Source: Octopus vulgaris (lineage: Eukaryota). From it: a stretch of DNA of 64,000 nucleotides. Of this stretch, positions 43,169 to 56,599 are shown piece after piece. The stretch covers positions 30,194,001-30,258,000 of the forward strand of contig OX597824.1 of assembly GCA_951406725.2 (NCBI GenBank). Direction: 5' to 3'. The notes beneath the pieces were generated by a model. The model searched no databases and had not been told where the DNA came from. It saw only the letters and a list, made by a program, of their open reading frames with translations. Within the stretch, counting starts at the first letter, position 1; each line of letters begins with the position of its first letter. Made by a program: the position numbers and the translations under genes.

Positions 43169-45339
43169 CATACATACATAGTGATGTACAAATACTTACA
43201 TGTAGATAGATTGATGCACAGATAGATATAGAGATAGTCAGTTAGAGATAACTTATCTTTCTACATAAACGTTTGTTTTACTAAAAGAAATCTGCAAATT
43301 CCTCATCTCCTTTTTTTCTGTTTTCACTAAAGTTTCCTCAACTTTCTGCTCATTATTTACTTTTTAAATATTTGTGGCAATATCTGTATTATTGATCGAG
43401 TGCCTGACAAAACACTGTCCGCGGAACCATAACTAGGAAAACAGGAGCCAGCTCTTTCTCGTCTCACCGCAGACTCTGCTAGTTCTGGAAGCATCCTTTC
43501 ATCGCTCTCTCACTCTCTCTCTCTCCACAACCCATCTCTCACATCTCACGACACCCACTACCCTTTCACTACCACCACCACCACTACTACTACTACTATC
43601 TCTATCATTACTATCACAGCTGTTATTGCTACTACCACACTGAAGCCCCTTTACTTATATTGGAAGCTATGTAACAAACATATCACAGCCTAATCAAGGG
43701 GTTTTGTTTTTGTTTTTCTTTTTTTTTCTTACACCCTTGCTTTCTTCCCCTGTCTTTCTTTGCTTCGTTCCCCACTCATTCACCACCAATTCCCTAACTC
43801 CACTCTCTTTCTTTTCATAGCCCTTTTCTTTCTAACATCACATGGTTAAAGGATAAACAGATATGTTTGTTGCTACTGGATGAAGAAGGTTGTTCTGGTG
43901 AGGGATTCAACAATGAAGGAATTCCTCCCCCCTGCTCCAACATCATCCATCCCACCCACCCGCCTCCTGCTCATCTACACCTCTTCTTTGCTGTTCCCAC
44001 CCACCCCTCCTTATTGGCCCTTCCTCGTGCCCTAACCTTCTGTCTATCTCCCTCTTTTTCTGAGCATGAAAATCCAAAAAAAAAAAGAAAAAGAAAAAGA
44101 AAAAAAAAATCTCCCCACCAAAAGAAAATAGTTTTAGCAACTTTCCCTCCACACATATGTTAGCAGCTGCTGGTTAAGAAGGGTGGAGGGGAAAGAGGGG
44201 GAGAGAGAGAAAGAGAGAAGGAAGCACTAACAGCTTTCACAACAGAATTGTTATTATAGGATTTGGTAGCCTCCTCTCACTCCTCTGGACTTTGGGATTT
44301 ATTTTCAGAATTTAGCTAAACTAAACATTCATGCCCCCCCCACTCTCTCTCATGTATGCACACACCTCTCTATGCAGTATTTTTCATACTACATCCCATA
44401 ATTTTAGTCAAGTTTGTCAAAGCAGTCCCCCCACCCACCCATGGCCATTCCTTAGACAGCCGAAATGTCTTTCATACCCAAATTTTGTTCACAACAGAAA
44501 CGGTTGGCTTCAAGATGAAGTTCATATTTAAATGTTACGTTATTTACACATTCAAATCAACACATACTCACTCACACTCACACACAAATTTGAGAGACCA
44601 GTTATGAACTTGAAGCTGCTCTCAAAATAAAGGACTCAAAATGATGAATAAACCATTTATTAAATAAGATCCTTTGTGACCCATGACCAAATGTGTCTAT
44701 GCATATGTGTGAACCCTTTTACTGGTTCCATTTAAGCTGAGGCAGAGTACTGCCTTCAACATTGGCTCCAGTACATTTGTAAAGGGTTCACATATACACA
44801 CACAAGATAATCTTCCAATGTGATTACTTTTGAGAAGAATATAGTCTTTGTTAATGTTTGTATCTAAAAAAAAATTAGATATTAAGCAGAAGATCCAGAC
44901 TAATGACTGAAGCTTAAACTCCAACGGAGGAATTTGTCGACCTCTGGATATGATATAGCAGAAATTTTGGTTTTCAAGATGCAACAGGGTTGAAAATAAA
45001 GTAAGAATTATCCTGGTTTTTACTCAGCCAGCTTCATTTTGGAGTCTGGTGTGTGTACATAAATACCTGTGCCAACATAGAAAAAGGCAGGTGCAAAAAT
45101 TAACATAATTCCACAACAAAGGATAGTAAAGAGAAACTGCTACCAATGGACACATAAGGGTATTTTTGTTCTCTATCTCTTTTTCCCTTATTCAAGCTCC
45201 TCAACAACAAAAGTTGGTTACTACAGTAAGATCCCAAGTACTTGATTGATTTCATAACAGTTGCTCCTTGCATTTTAATTTGTATTAATTAATTTTGTTT
45301 CTGTTAATTAACATTCTGTACTATTTCTTTTTGTGGCAG

Positions 45340-45678
45340 GTAATAGTATATCCAGTTTACATTGCCCTAACAGTGAGAGTGACACTTTAAAGAGTTCTCG
45401 CAGCACTAGCAGTACTCATACAGGTGGCAACTCTGCAGAACATTCCACCAATCACTCGACAATGCAGACCTTCCATCCACAGACATCGTGCCCTGACAGC
45501 CTCGTTGACAGTGACTGCCCACCTGATTCTGTTGAAAGGATACACAGATTCCCTGCTTTACCAGGAACACCACCAGCTAGTTTGCGCAGAGCTTACCTCA
45601 GGGTAGGCCCAGAAAGTTTATCTGCAGACAGATATCATGGTTCTCAACCACCTGGAACTTCGTGGGAGACTGATCAAG
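45340..45678 (+). CDS. LRIG: LRIG cytoplasmic exon (Ser/Thr-rich)
   Basis: ggcag|...|gtttgt, 339 bp open frame, phase 1-1, coding-like composition; additional exons in the preceding 9 kb intron cannot be excluded. Confidence 0.75.
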
Positions 45679-46724
45679 GTTTGTACCCTATACTTTGCTT
45701 CATACTTCACTTGCAATAAAATCATACTCGGATATATATTTTTGAAGGGATTTTACTGGGTTTTTTTTTCTTTTATGGCTCATCCATAAAGAAGGGGAGA
45801 GGCCAATAACTCAGATCAGACAGATATGATTGATATACAATTTAGACAGTGTTGTCTTGCAAACAACTTGCACATGTAAGTGCTACCAGTCAAAAACTCT
45901 GCATACTGGAAGCCAGCAAGTGTATGGGGTCATCAGGAGAGAATGAGCGCTGTATCGGGGCCTACCTCTCGACGGCATCATTTCGCACCAGCCCCCCTCA
46001 CTGATATGAGGCCCCGCTTGCTAGATCAACTGGTTATCAAATAAAGCTCAATATAGAAAAACGTGGCTGGCAATAAAATTTCAGAGTTAACATTCTTGGA
46101 AGAAAAGATCTGGTGTTCCATGATCATTTAGTTGTTGAAGAAATTACTCCTTCTTTCAGTTTTCTAAAGTAGAGAGCTATTGTTAACAACACCCTTGTTT
46201 AATTACCATTTGGTGTGTTGCCAGGTATCTCCTCTATAGCAAGATGACTATCTCTGTCCTGTCATATTCTAACCTCTTGCCGAGCACACTGCCACTTCCC
46301 TCAGTTCCATGCCGTCTCTCAACTAAGAGGTCTTTTGTCTTACAAGTTATTTGGTAATCCTGCTGTTGCTGGCGCCACATGAAAAGCACCCAGTACACAG
46401 TAAAGTAGTTGGCATTAGGAAGTGCATTCAGCTGTAGAAACCATGCCAAAGTAGATGACAGGAGCCTGGTGCAGCTCTCCGGCTCGCCAGCTGCAGTCAA
46501 ACATGCAACCCATGCCAACATGGAAAAGGAACGTTAAATGATGATGATGAAAGCAAAGTGTACTTTATTCAACTCATCAATAACTCAGTCCATTACATTC
46601 TGCTTGCCAGCAGTTTCGTCCACAATATTGTTTCTGTGTGGAATATTCAATTGCGGTTGAAATGGTGTTGCTCTGAAGAATCCCCAGAGTAACATTATTC
46701 AGCCGGATGCATTGCCCAGTGATC

Positions 46725-46985
46725 AGGGTCAAGCTGCTACGCCACATTGAGAGGTCGCAGCTCTTGTACTCTGAACATGCAATTAGAATGTCATAGGAAA
46801 GGATTGCATGGCAGATGCTTCAAGCTGAGCCAACTGGCAGGAAGATCTGGGAGTAGACCAGGAATGAAATGGTTTGATAATATCCACAGTCTCTGTTGGT
46901 TATGCTTGGGAATTCAACTGGAAAGTGTAATGATGGTTGCTTTTGACAAGATCCTACTGAAGAGGTTCCTGAAGGCTATCCTTGT
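46725..46985 (+). mobile_element. RTE-clade LINE 3' ORF fragment (decayed, same family as 21642-21916)
   Basis: LLRHIERSQL..IRMS*ERIAWQMLQAEPTGR..RPGMKWFDNI..LGIQLESV. Confidence 0.75.
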
Positions 46986-48163
46986 GGAGAAAATAGATGG
47001 ATGGATATTCAATTGCAACATTATTTCTGTGAAGAAATTCTATAAATTTTCTGGTAATTTCTTTCTCAACTCTACAAGTGTAAACATTAGAGACCAGAAA
47101 AATTGAAGGATTATCCTAAGTATTGTTTTGATTAATCCTCCTTTATCAATTAGTTTGGTATGTGTCCTACAATGTAATTAGGCAGTGACTGGCGGAATCA
47201 AAGCTTCAACTGTTTAAAATACCTTGCGGTATGTAGTTATCTCCCTTTACGTTCTGACCTCAAATCTCTCCACATTTCACTGGCGGGTTGAAAATATAAA
47301 GAACCAACCAAGTACTTGGAATCTTTTAGATCAACTCCTACCTACTGCTCTCCTTCACAATTTCTGGTCTGCTGCCTGTATTTACTAAATATTTCTGCAA
47401 ACTGTAATTATTTTTATTATTATTCACACATTTTCCTCAATTTTTGCTGCATTCTCATTAATTTGTTACTAGAACACGTCATATTTAGGAATGACATGAA
47501 ATACCTGTCTTTACCAATTTAAGTGAGGATGATAAAATAGTTTCAGACTGTGAAGCAACATAGCCTAGTGGTTAAAGTGTTGAGCTCACAATCAGAAGGC
47601 CATGAGTTCAATTCCATGACTGGATGACATGTATTTTTTCTTTTTCTTTTTTCTTAGCAATCCACTTTATGTTCTTCCAAATCTACCCACCAGGTGTGGG
47701 AAGACTGAGTTGTTGTGTATGCTTGCTCATGACTACATAGGTACCTAAAGCAATTAAGCAAAAGTTCTGCAAATTTGCCAGTGATAGCTATAACTATCAC
47801 AGTTTTAAACTGCTAAGCAGACAAGAAAACTAGTCTCATTTTGCTGAGGTTATCCCGACCATTTGACACTATATTTCATCATTCCTTTAAAAATGTGTAG
47901 CTATGTTCCAGTGTCAGTAATCCTTATTAGTAATCAGTATGTGAACCTAATTAGTTGTAGAATTTAATAGTGTGAGAGAAAACATTCGGCATTTTAACTT
48001 CATTATTCAAGGGAGCTAACTCACTTTGTTATTCTGACATAACTTTTTTTTTTTTACTATTGTTGATGGTTTCCATCCATTTAAAAAATATTTGAAATAT
48101 TTTTAAACGTTTCATTTTACGACCAACTGATCTTTTTTTCTTTTCTTTCAAATCTATTTTCAG

Positions 48164-48708
48164 TGATGCCACAAGTCCAGTGCAAAAGTCCTTCATCCAA
48201 TTACCTCCACAACCGACCCAGTTCTTCTCCTCTGCCATCTTGTCTTGACAAAACTGTAAATATACCTCCCCCTCCCCCCTACGAGACTCTTTCCACATCA
48301 CCATCGTCGTCAAGACAACAGCAGTCAACTGAGCCCACAGACCTCCCACCAGAGCAACAACACTTATTACCACAACAACAACAACAGTTACATTCACAGC
48401 AACAACAACAACAACTATCTCCACCTTGTCATCCATCCTCTATTTCATCTTCATCAACGTCATCTTTATCAAAAACAACAACACCAGCAACAATAATAAC
48501 TGCAACACAGCAGACACCTTTGCTGTCTTCATCTCTTCCAAGCCAAAGAACAGACTTAAATCATTTATCATCCTCTGCAACCATTCCATTGCATTCACAA
48601 CAACAACAGCAACAACAACAACAACTACAGTACCATGGCATGGATCCTACATTGAACAATTTACAACACAGTCTCTCTACCACAGATAACTGGACTTTTG
48701 ATGTTTGA
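48164..48708 (+). CDS. LRIG: LRIG terminal coding exon (PPxY, polyQ, C-terminal ...WTFDV*)
   Basis: strong polypyrimidine tract + cag acceptor, phase 1 matches the previous donor, 181-codon frame ending in TGA. Confidence 0.78.
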
Positions 48709-49784
48709 TGGTGGCATTAAGTGGGTGGGTGGGGACAACATATATATATAACATGTATATTTATATATAAATATATATATATATATACATATATACACAG
48801 ACACACTCATACATGCAAGCATACATACATTGGTCTCCTACAGTTGTAATGTAGGTCTCCATTCTTTCAAAAGAAAAAGAGAGCTGTGATGTTTTACAAA
48901 ATTGAAAACTTTTTTTTGTTGTTGTTGTTTCTTATTCATCCCCCCTTCCTCTCCTTTTAAATTATAGTTGATGAAGATGATGATGAGGATGATAGAGAAG
49001 AAGAAGAAAAGATATTAAAAAAAAAACAATAAATAAAAGGAAAACAAAGAAAATGATTCTATATCTGGGTAAAGACCATAAATGTTTGATGGTTTGAGCA
49101 GGGTATTTCAATAGGCAAATATGGCAAAATAAGAAGTGGGGGAAAAAAACTGGACATGGCGGCAGTGGCAGGGGTGTTTATGTTGTTGTTTCTTTTCTTT
49201 AATTTCCATTTTATCCCCCACCCCCCACCCATCTACCCACCTTAATTCAGAAAAAATAAGGCAATTTTTGTTTGTTTTCTTTTTTAACTGGCACCCACCT
49301 TCCCACCATCAACCATCTCTTTCCTGCTTGTGTATGTGTGTTATATAAAGGAGCTGCACAATGGCTGTATGAGTACAAATATTTGGCTGACCCCTGTGTG
49401 GGTCAAAGAGTTCAAATTTCACTGCTGGAGTGCTTTATTGTATTTTTTTTTTTTTTTTTTCATAAGGACAGTAACACTTCACTCTACATTAATCCTCCTT
49501 CACCATTTTATGAATAACAGAAACCAGGTTTTTTTTTTACTGAATGTCTTACCTAACGTGACTGGCATCCTATCCATGAGCTTTTTTGTTTTTACACCTG
49601 CACCATCATATCAGGAAACTGATGCAAAGCCTTTTACTTAGGAGACATTCAATACACACACACATATATTAGAGTAGTATAGTTTACATGAAGCATTGTC
49701 TGATATAGATTAAAAAGCTTTTGATTTTAAAAGAAAAGAGCCAAAAGAATGCAAGTTATAAGAAATATAAGATATTAGTTTGTG

Positions 49785-50040
49785 TGGCGGTGCATGGCTT
49801 AGTGGTTAGGATGTTGGACTCATGATCGCAAGATTGTGGTTTCAATTCCTGGACTGGGTGATGTGTTGTGTTAGTGAACAAAGCACTTCATTTCATGTTG
49901 CTCCAGTCCACTAAGCTGGTGAAAATGAATAACCCTGCAATGAACTGTCATCTCATCAAGGTGGAGGAATATATATGCCACAGACACCTGGAAATTGGCC
50001 CTATGAGTCTATATTACTCAGGAAGGTTCTTTATCCTTTA
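49785..50040 (+). mobile_element. tRNA-derived SINE (TGGCTTAGTGGTTAG head family) within the putative 3'UTR
   Basis: A box/B box plus GTTGCTCCAGTCCACT.AGCTG body; relatives at ~385-510, 10805-11090 (+) and 22290-22505, 35350-35665, 52650-52915, 63580-63820 (-). Confidence 0.8.
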
Positions 50041-50229
50041 ATCTTATTCATTGATTTGTATTGCAGAGCAGAAAAACCAGCTCAAAACATTAAATCTCTG
50101 AAAATTTCTTGAAGAAGGGGTTTTAACCTCGAAATATCAAAATACAAGATAAAAGTATAAACCATTGACTACTCTCATTTCTTATAATCTCACATTGTTT
50201 TGGCTCTACAAAATAGTTTTAAATTTTCA

Positions 50230-50288
<59 letters not shown>

Positions 50289-51416
50289 CGCACACACACA
50301 TACATACAGTCCAGGAGCAGAGCTCAATAGTCAGTTCCCCCCTACCATACCTTCACTAGTATAGTGCCTAATGTCGACACACACATACTGTGATGCTTAA
50401 TGACATAGGATCAAACAAGACCAATATCTGAGATGGTTCGATCGTGTTTACTTGGATGATGTTGCTGATGTCAAAATGTACTTTAGCAGCTTTTAAAAAA
50501 TTTTTTTTGTTTATTTATTTTATTTTCAAAAGGTAAACAAAGGATGAAAAATTTTATTTAACTAACTTTTTTTTTTTTTTGTTATTCTTTAATTTGAAGA
50601 GTTGGGTAGGTGGGTATAATAAATGTTTCAGACCACGTGCTAAAGAATCTTCAGAATAAATTTGTACCAAGCCATTAAGTACCGTCCACTAATTCCTTCA
50701 ACCATTTCTGCTCTAACACCCACCCCAGCCCAATCCAACAACCAAGTCCTCCCTTACCAAAGAGTCTGTTTAAACTGTGAGTATACTCGTTAGTGGATGA
50801 CTAAGTCAGTTCATCTCTCAAAAGTGAAATAAGCCAGCTAAAAACAAATGAAAATGAAGCAAAATGATTGAATCCTTGTGGTGGATCTGGAAAAGAAAAG
50901 TACATGAAAAAACAAAGCCAAAAAAGAAATCAAGTCTTGTGTAAATTTTATTTACGGATTAAATGTGTTTTTTTTTTTTTTTAATACCTGGAAAAATAAT
51001 GTTTCTGCAGATATGCAAACGTTTATGAATGAATAGTGTGTCTGTCTGTATGTATGAATGTATGTATGGTTGCATGCATGTAAGTGTTTCAGAATGCTTT
51101 GTGTTTTTTGTCATCAATAGTAGCAACAAAATAATAACAATACGATGAAGAAGAAAGGCAAAAGCATCAGGTGGCAACTGGAGAAATAAATAAATAAATC
51201 TTTGCAGCTCCAAGTGAAAAACGTCTCCATAACGGGTATTGCTGCTAACGTTGTTGTTGTTATTGTCTTGGTCGTTGTTGTTTTTGTGTGTTCAAATTAA
51301 AATGACTCAACAGCAATTTTTTCAATTGCTTCATGGAATTCTCCCATAAACTGTTTATTTCCTGCTGTCTGCTCTCTCTCTATATATCTTTCTATCTGTC
51401 TATCTATCTATCTATC

Positions 51417-51457
<41 letters not shown>

Positions 51458-51500
51458 ACATCTTACAGGTCCAAACTGAGGCAGAAATAATACTGAATAT

Positions 51501-51652
51501 ATATTTTATTTTGGTCAAGTTAGTCTCTTGCTGCTCTGAGTTTCACCTGTGAGTAGCCAGGATAGGGATTTTGTAATGTTCTTGAAGATCCTGTGTACCC
51601 ACAGATTAAAATTCAGAGTAACAAGAACTTGATGTGACCAAAATAAAAATAT
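51501..51652. repeat. Long imperfect inverted repeat (about 63-bp arms, 24-nt loop)
   Basis: 51501-51563 pairs with 51588-51652 by manual alignment. Confidence 0.8.
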
Positions 51653-52040
51653 TAATCACTATTTTGGTATTGAGAAACCTTACTTCCAACTGTCATAAAT
51701 CTATCATATATATCTTCCTACTCTCTGAGAATATAAAAATAGTTTTAGTTTTTCCATAGATAATACCATTTTGAAGCTTTTTTAAAACGTTTTTTTTTTT
51801 ATAGATTTGTCCTCTCATTTCCCCTCATCCTCATCAGCTAACAAAATAATTTGGTTACTGTGCAACTAATTCAAGACTTAGGATTTAAACATCTTTTATG
51901 TTGTCTACAAATCTTTATAATCTCAGTTACTTTTACTTTCAAATCTTAAATACTCTGTAGCTCCATCTCTCATATAGATATAGATATGCATATATATGTG
52001 TATATAAATAGATATGTATATGTGTGTTTGTGTGTATGCA

Positions 52041-52341
52041 ATGTAGTAGAAATAGTTAAAGAGCATAGTGAACTTGCTATGAGGAGTGGAAGATCTAATG
52101 TTTTGGACACGGTCCTTCTTCAAGGGAAAAGCTGAAAGAGAAAAAGTCAATCAGACACAGCAGCATTTTACATCCTGTAAGTTTAAAAAATCTAGTTACA
52201 ACTAAGAGATGTAAAACTCTGCTGTTTCTCATTTATTTCTTTCGTTTCAACTTTCCCCCTGAAGAAAGAGTTTGTCTGAAACATTGGATTTCCTCTCCTC
52301 ATTACAAGTTCATGGTGGTTTTTTTATTGATTTTACTACAT
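52041..52341. repeat. ~300-bp fold-back (inverted Penelope-like termini) in the putative 3'UTR
   Basis: Arms of ~135 bp are reverse complements (ATGTAGTA..TGAACTTG..ATGAGGAG..TTCTTCA.GGG..CAGCAG..TTTTACATC), each with a hammerhead-core remnant. Confidence 0.8.
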
Positions 52342-52396
52342 AATGTCTTACTGATGCAGAACAATACCATCCTCATTGGAATCTGTTTGATCATAC

Positions 52397-52631
<235 letters not shown>

Positions 52632-55600
52632 CACACTCACATACCTCACATCATTGACCAGACTATCAGATGTTGTTACACATTATTGGTCACAATGTAG
52701 TTTGGTTCGTTTTGGCTTTTGAATGATGCCACCCTGCTGCTAGGTGAGCAGGCCAACATTATCCTTGATCAGAAGGCCAGTCCATCACAGGGTTATGCAT
52801 TTACAGCTGACTAGATTGGAGCAATGTGAAATGAAGTGTTTTGCTCAGGAATTGAACTGACAATCTGTTGATTGTGAGTGCAATGCCCTAACCATTAAGT
52901 CACATGCCTTCACACATCTGTAAGTATATTTGCGTATATGTGTATACATATACATGCATTTATACAAACATGCGTATTAAAGATTCTTGATTTACTGAAA
53001 ATGAATTCAGATCGTTAGCTTTAAGTAAATTGCCAAATTTACAGCATGTAATTAAGACTCCTCTATCTCATTTTATGTAGATATGCTCATACAGACACAT
53101 ATAGGATGATATTATTCCTAGTATGAAGAATAATATACTGAGTATCTTAAATGGAGTAGTTGTACTGGGCATGTGTTAAACATCATCTTTTAGCCAACAG
53201 CCTTGCATCAATTTGACCCACTAAAATAGTTTCTAACTTAATTAGTCCGTTCCTCTTTATGTAGATCTGATGTCATCAGAGTGGACCTTCCCAAAGCTTT
53301 CTGACTAAAGCTAAAATTCTATGATACACACACACACATGCAATAAAGGAATTGGTTCTTGTAGTAGTATCAAGATCAATATGAATCCACCCCTCTCTGT
53401 CTGACTGTCTGTCCTGCCTCAACTCTCGTTAAAAGGCAAGAACTAAAACTGCCTTTTTAATCAACAATAAATCAATTTTTGACAAGTTTTTTTTTTCTTC
53501 TTTTCTTTCTATCCTTTCCTATAATTTTTTTTTGTATGTAATTTTAATTTTTTTTTTTTTTTTTTTTTTTCGGATTTGTATATACTAACGTCTGTGTACA
53601 AAAAGAAAGTTATTTTTTACAAAAATATTTATTTATATATTTTTCTATATAACCGCTAAAACAAATCATTACATTTTTATTTCTATAGATTTTTTTTTTC
53701 TTCTTCCTCTTTCTCTCACTCTTTTTGTTTCTGAAAGGGCAAAAAACAATATATATATATATAAGGAAAACAAAAAGAAAATGTTATTACAAAACTCTTT
53801 AGTTGGAAATCTCTCAATTTCTATTATCATGATTCCCCTACCATCACCACCGATCTATCCTTATATTATATATATCTGCTGTTGGGTTTAAAAATACTGT
53901 TATAAACCAATGAAGAATTTTGAATACTTAATACAATATTTATGCCATTATATATATATACATATATGTATGTATGTATGTATGCATATAGTTTTCTTTT
54001 CTTCTCTCTATACTTATATCTGAGCAATATGTTAGTCTGATGAGATATTTAAGGTTTACTACATATATAAATATATATGTTTGTGTAATGATATATTCAT
54101 TCATACTTACACATATATCATTACCCTCATCCACAAAAGATTTTAACCATGTCTCTCATTTTCTCTTTTTACCTTTAGGTTAATTCATGTCAGTCAAACT
54201 AATCTTATTTAAAATTGTACAAATGTGTGGAATGCTTGTGTGTGTATGCACCTCGTCAATGTCTTGTTATTGTAATGGTTCTTTGGTTTACTAGCAACTA
54301 TTTTAGTTTCTGTATGGTAGTAGGCTCTCCTTGAACTAATTGCATAAAGTGCCACAATAATTAACTTTTGTTGTTTGTTTGGGTTTTTTTTTTTTTTTAA
54401 ATATATAGTGACCACTTTTTGACCATATTGGAATCATGCTTTGTTTCTCTCCTGAAGCATTGGTGCAGCCATCTATCTTTCGTTATCTATGTTGGGTGTG
54501 TAAGGTTCTGTGTCTTACTCATTATTAGGTTCACATGGCTATCTGATGTAAGTTATTCATTCTAAACGTTAACTCCTGTGTGTGTTTGTCCATTGTGTAT
54601 CAGTAATGTAAATGTTTGTTTGTGTTATGTCTTTTATAACCAAATAAGAAAGTCTTTTGATTCTATGGAGCGAGTATGAATGTGTTTATGTTCTGTATGA
54701 TTGACTGATTTCTGTGTTATGACAAGTATGAAATAATTTCTCCTGGGTTGCACTATTGTAGTGTAAACTCACCTACAGACATAATGCATGTGGCATCAGT
54801 GGATTGCACATTATGCAATTTGTAGAATAGCCTAGTAACTAGGGTAAAGAAAAAGAAAGTGGAGTGGGGCAGTTGGATGGAGTAAAATATATGGACTTTC
54901 TCTCTGAAAGATGTAAGCCTGCTTAAGATTAAAAGGAAAGGGGGGGAAAAAACTGCTGATAGGGGTAATTTCAAATCAAAAACAAAATCCTATCTGTAAT
55001 CTGCTCACCATAATTAGATTTTCTTTTTTTTTTTTTTATCTAATTAAGAGTTTGTCCACACCTAAACAGTGTTATTATTAAGAATATATTTCTTTATTTC
55101 TGGCTGGAAAAGTTTTTCAAAAATATGAAAGGACTTACTTAGAAACACCTGGTTTGGGTGTGTCCTGTTAGTCTCTTATTCCCTAAACATAATTTCTGTT
55201 TACTCAAAGAGTACTTCTCTTTTGAAGTTCAGTTCTTACAGCTTTCCTTCTGCAACTTATTCCATTCAGGGTTTAATCGTTGTTTTTCTTGACTACTATT
55301 AATAAAAATAGTGATATTTCTAGACATTAGCCTCAACTTAAACTACGGAATGCTACACTAATTAAAATATAGATAAAGGCAACTAAGTTAAAGCACTTAG
55401 GCAGACAGTGCAGTGAAATCTCACTGTCATGTTTATTGTATTCATAAAGAGCTCTGCTTATAGAATAATTTAATTTGTGCAGTATAACAGCTACTGGATT
55501 AGACCATGTACTATCTTCTTTACATGTATATTATAGCATTAAAAAAAAAGATAAGAGACCATTTCAAGCTATCATTTTAGCTTTATAGGGATTCACACTA

Positions 55601-55990
55601 ACCAAATAACTCCTATTTCATGCAGGGTTATTTTATTTAACCAGCCAATACCAAAACTGTGCCCCGTTTTTTTCCTTATTTATGTTTCCCCTCTAAGTAA
55701 CTTAATTCTCTTCCTTCTCTCCCCCTCTATCTCCTTCTGGTTGCAATTCCTTATGATTTGTTTGTTGATGGCTTTAGTTATCCAAAAGAAACTCACACAA
55801 AGACCAGTTACTCTGTAAATCACTGTCAGAGCCCTTATTTTGTGGGTCCACAAAACAGGTCCTAGCAAGTTATAATAATTTGGTTGTCACATCACTATGT
55901 GTCTGTGTCAACTCCTATTTATTGTACGAAGCTGTCCGTAAATATTTGTGAAATCTAAGAAAAATTTTTATTTGTACAGTATATTTGAAG

Positions 55991-55996
55991 AATAAA
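55991..55996 (+). promoter_or_regulatory. Candidate distal polyadenylation signal
   Basis: AATAAA preceded by TTGTAC/TTTGTACAG (UGUA) elements and followed by TTGTGTTTTTTT. Confidence 0.55.
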
Positions 55997-56599
55997 ACAT
56001 TTGCAAAGTATCACCTGATTCAGCTTCACTTGTGTTTTTTTAAATTTTCATCATTGTCCAGTTGTTAGTTTTAAATGCATTTTTAATAGTTAAATTCTTG
56101 AAGAGTTCAAACATCATTGCTTTTGTATGATTACCATCATTCCCATTTTGATATCCTTTTTCTCAAGCTTGCATGGGTCACTGTTTATTGAGGTTTTTTT
56201 CTACAGTAGCCAAATCTTCAATTCACTGAGTGATGTGTTAGAGAATGAAGTTCTTGGTATACTTCAAAATGATAAAAGAATTGATTTCAGCTTCAACTTT
56301 GATCGTAATTCTTTTTGATCAAGGCTGACATGGCGATGAATAATTCTACAAGATGAGTATAAAACATGGTATTTTTATTGTCTGTGGTTACCTTATATTT
56401 GAAGGCTTCATATCACAGAAATAAAGATTACTATTTAGCTCCAGTCAATATCAAGTAAACCCACATTCCAAGGCACTCCCAACATGACCAGTCCATCCAT
56501 CTAGGGTGTATGTAAAATAGTTTAAGTTGAAGGAGATTTAACTGCTATTTCTAGTAAATCAGATGACCACATTGAATGTTTCTCATTGGCTCAAATACA

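Noticed and set aside
43473-43690. Good-looking acceptor followed by an open Ser/Thr-rich frame
   Set aside because: Low-complexity CT/ACT repeats explain the lack of stops; no convincing donor or homology.
48029-48436. 135-aa antisense ORF (also 21411-21641, 29890-30123, 31452-31685)
   Set aside because: Reverse-strand shadows of LRIG exons.
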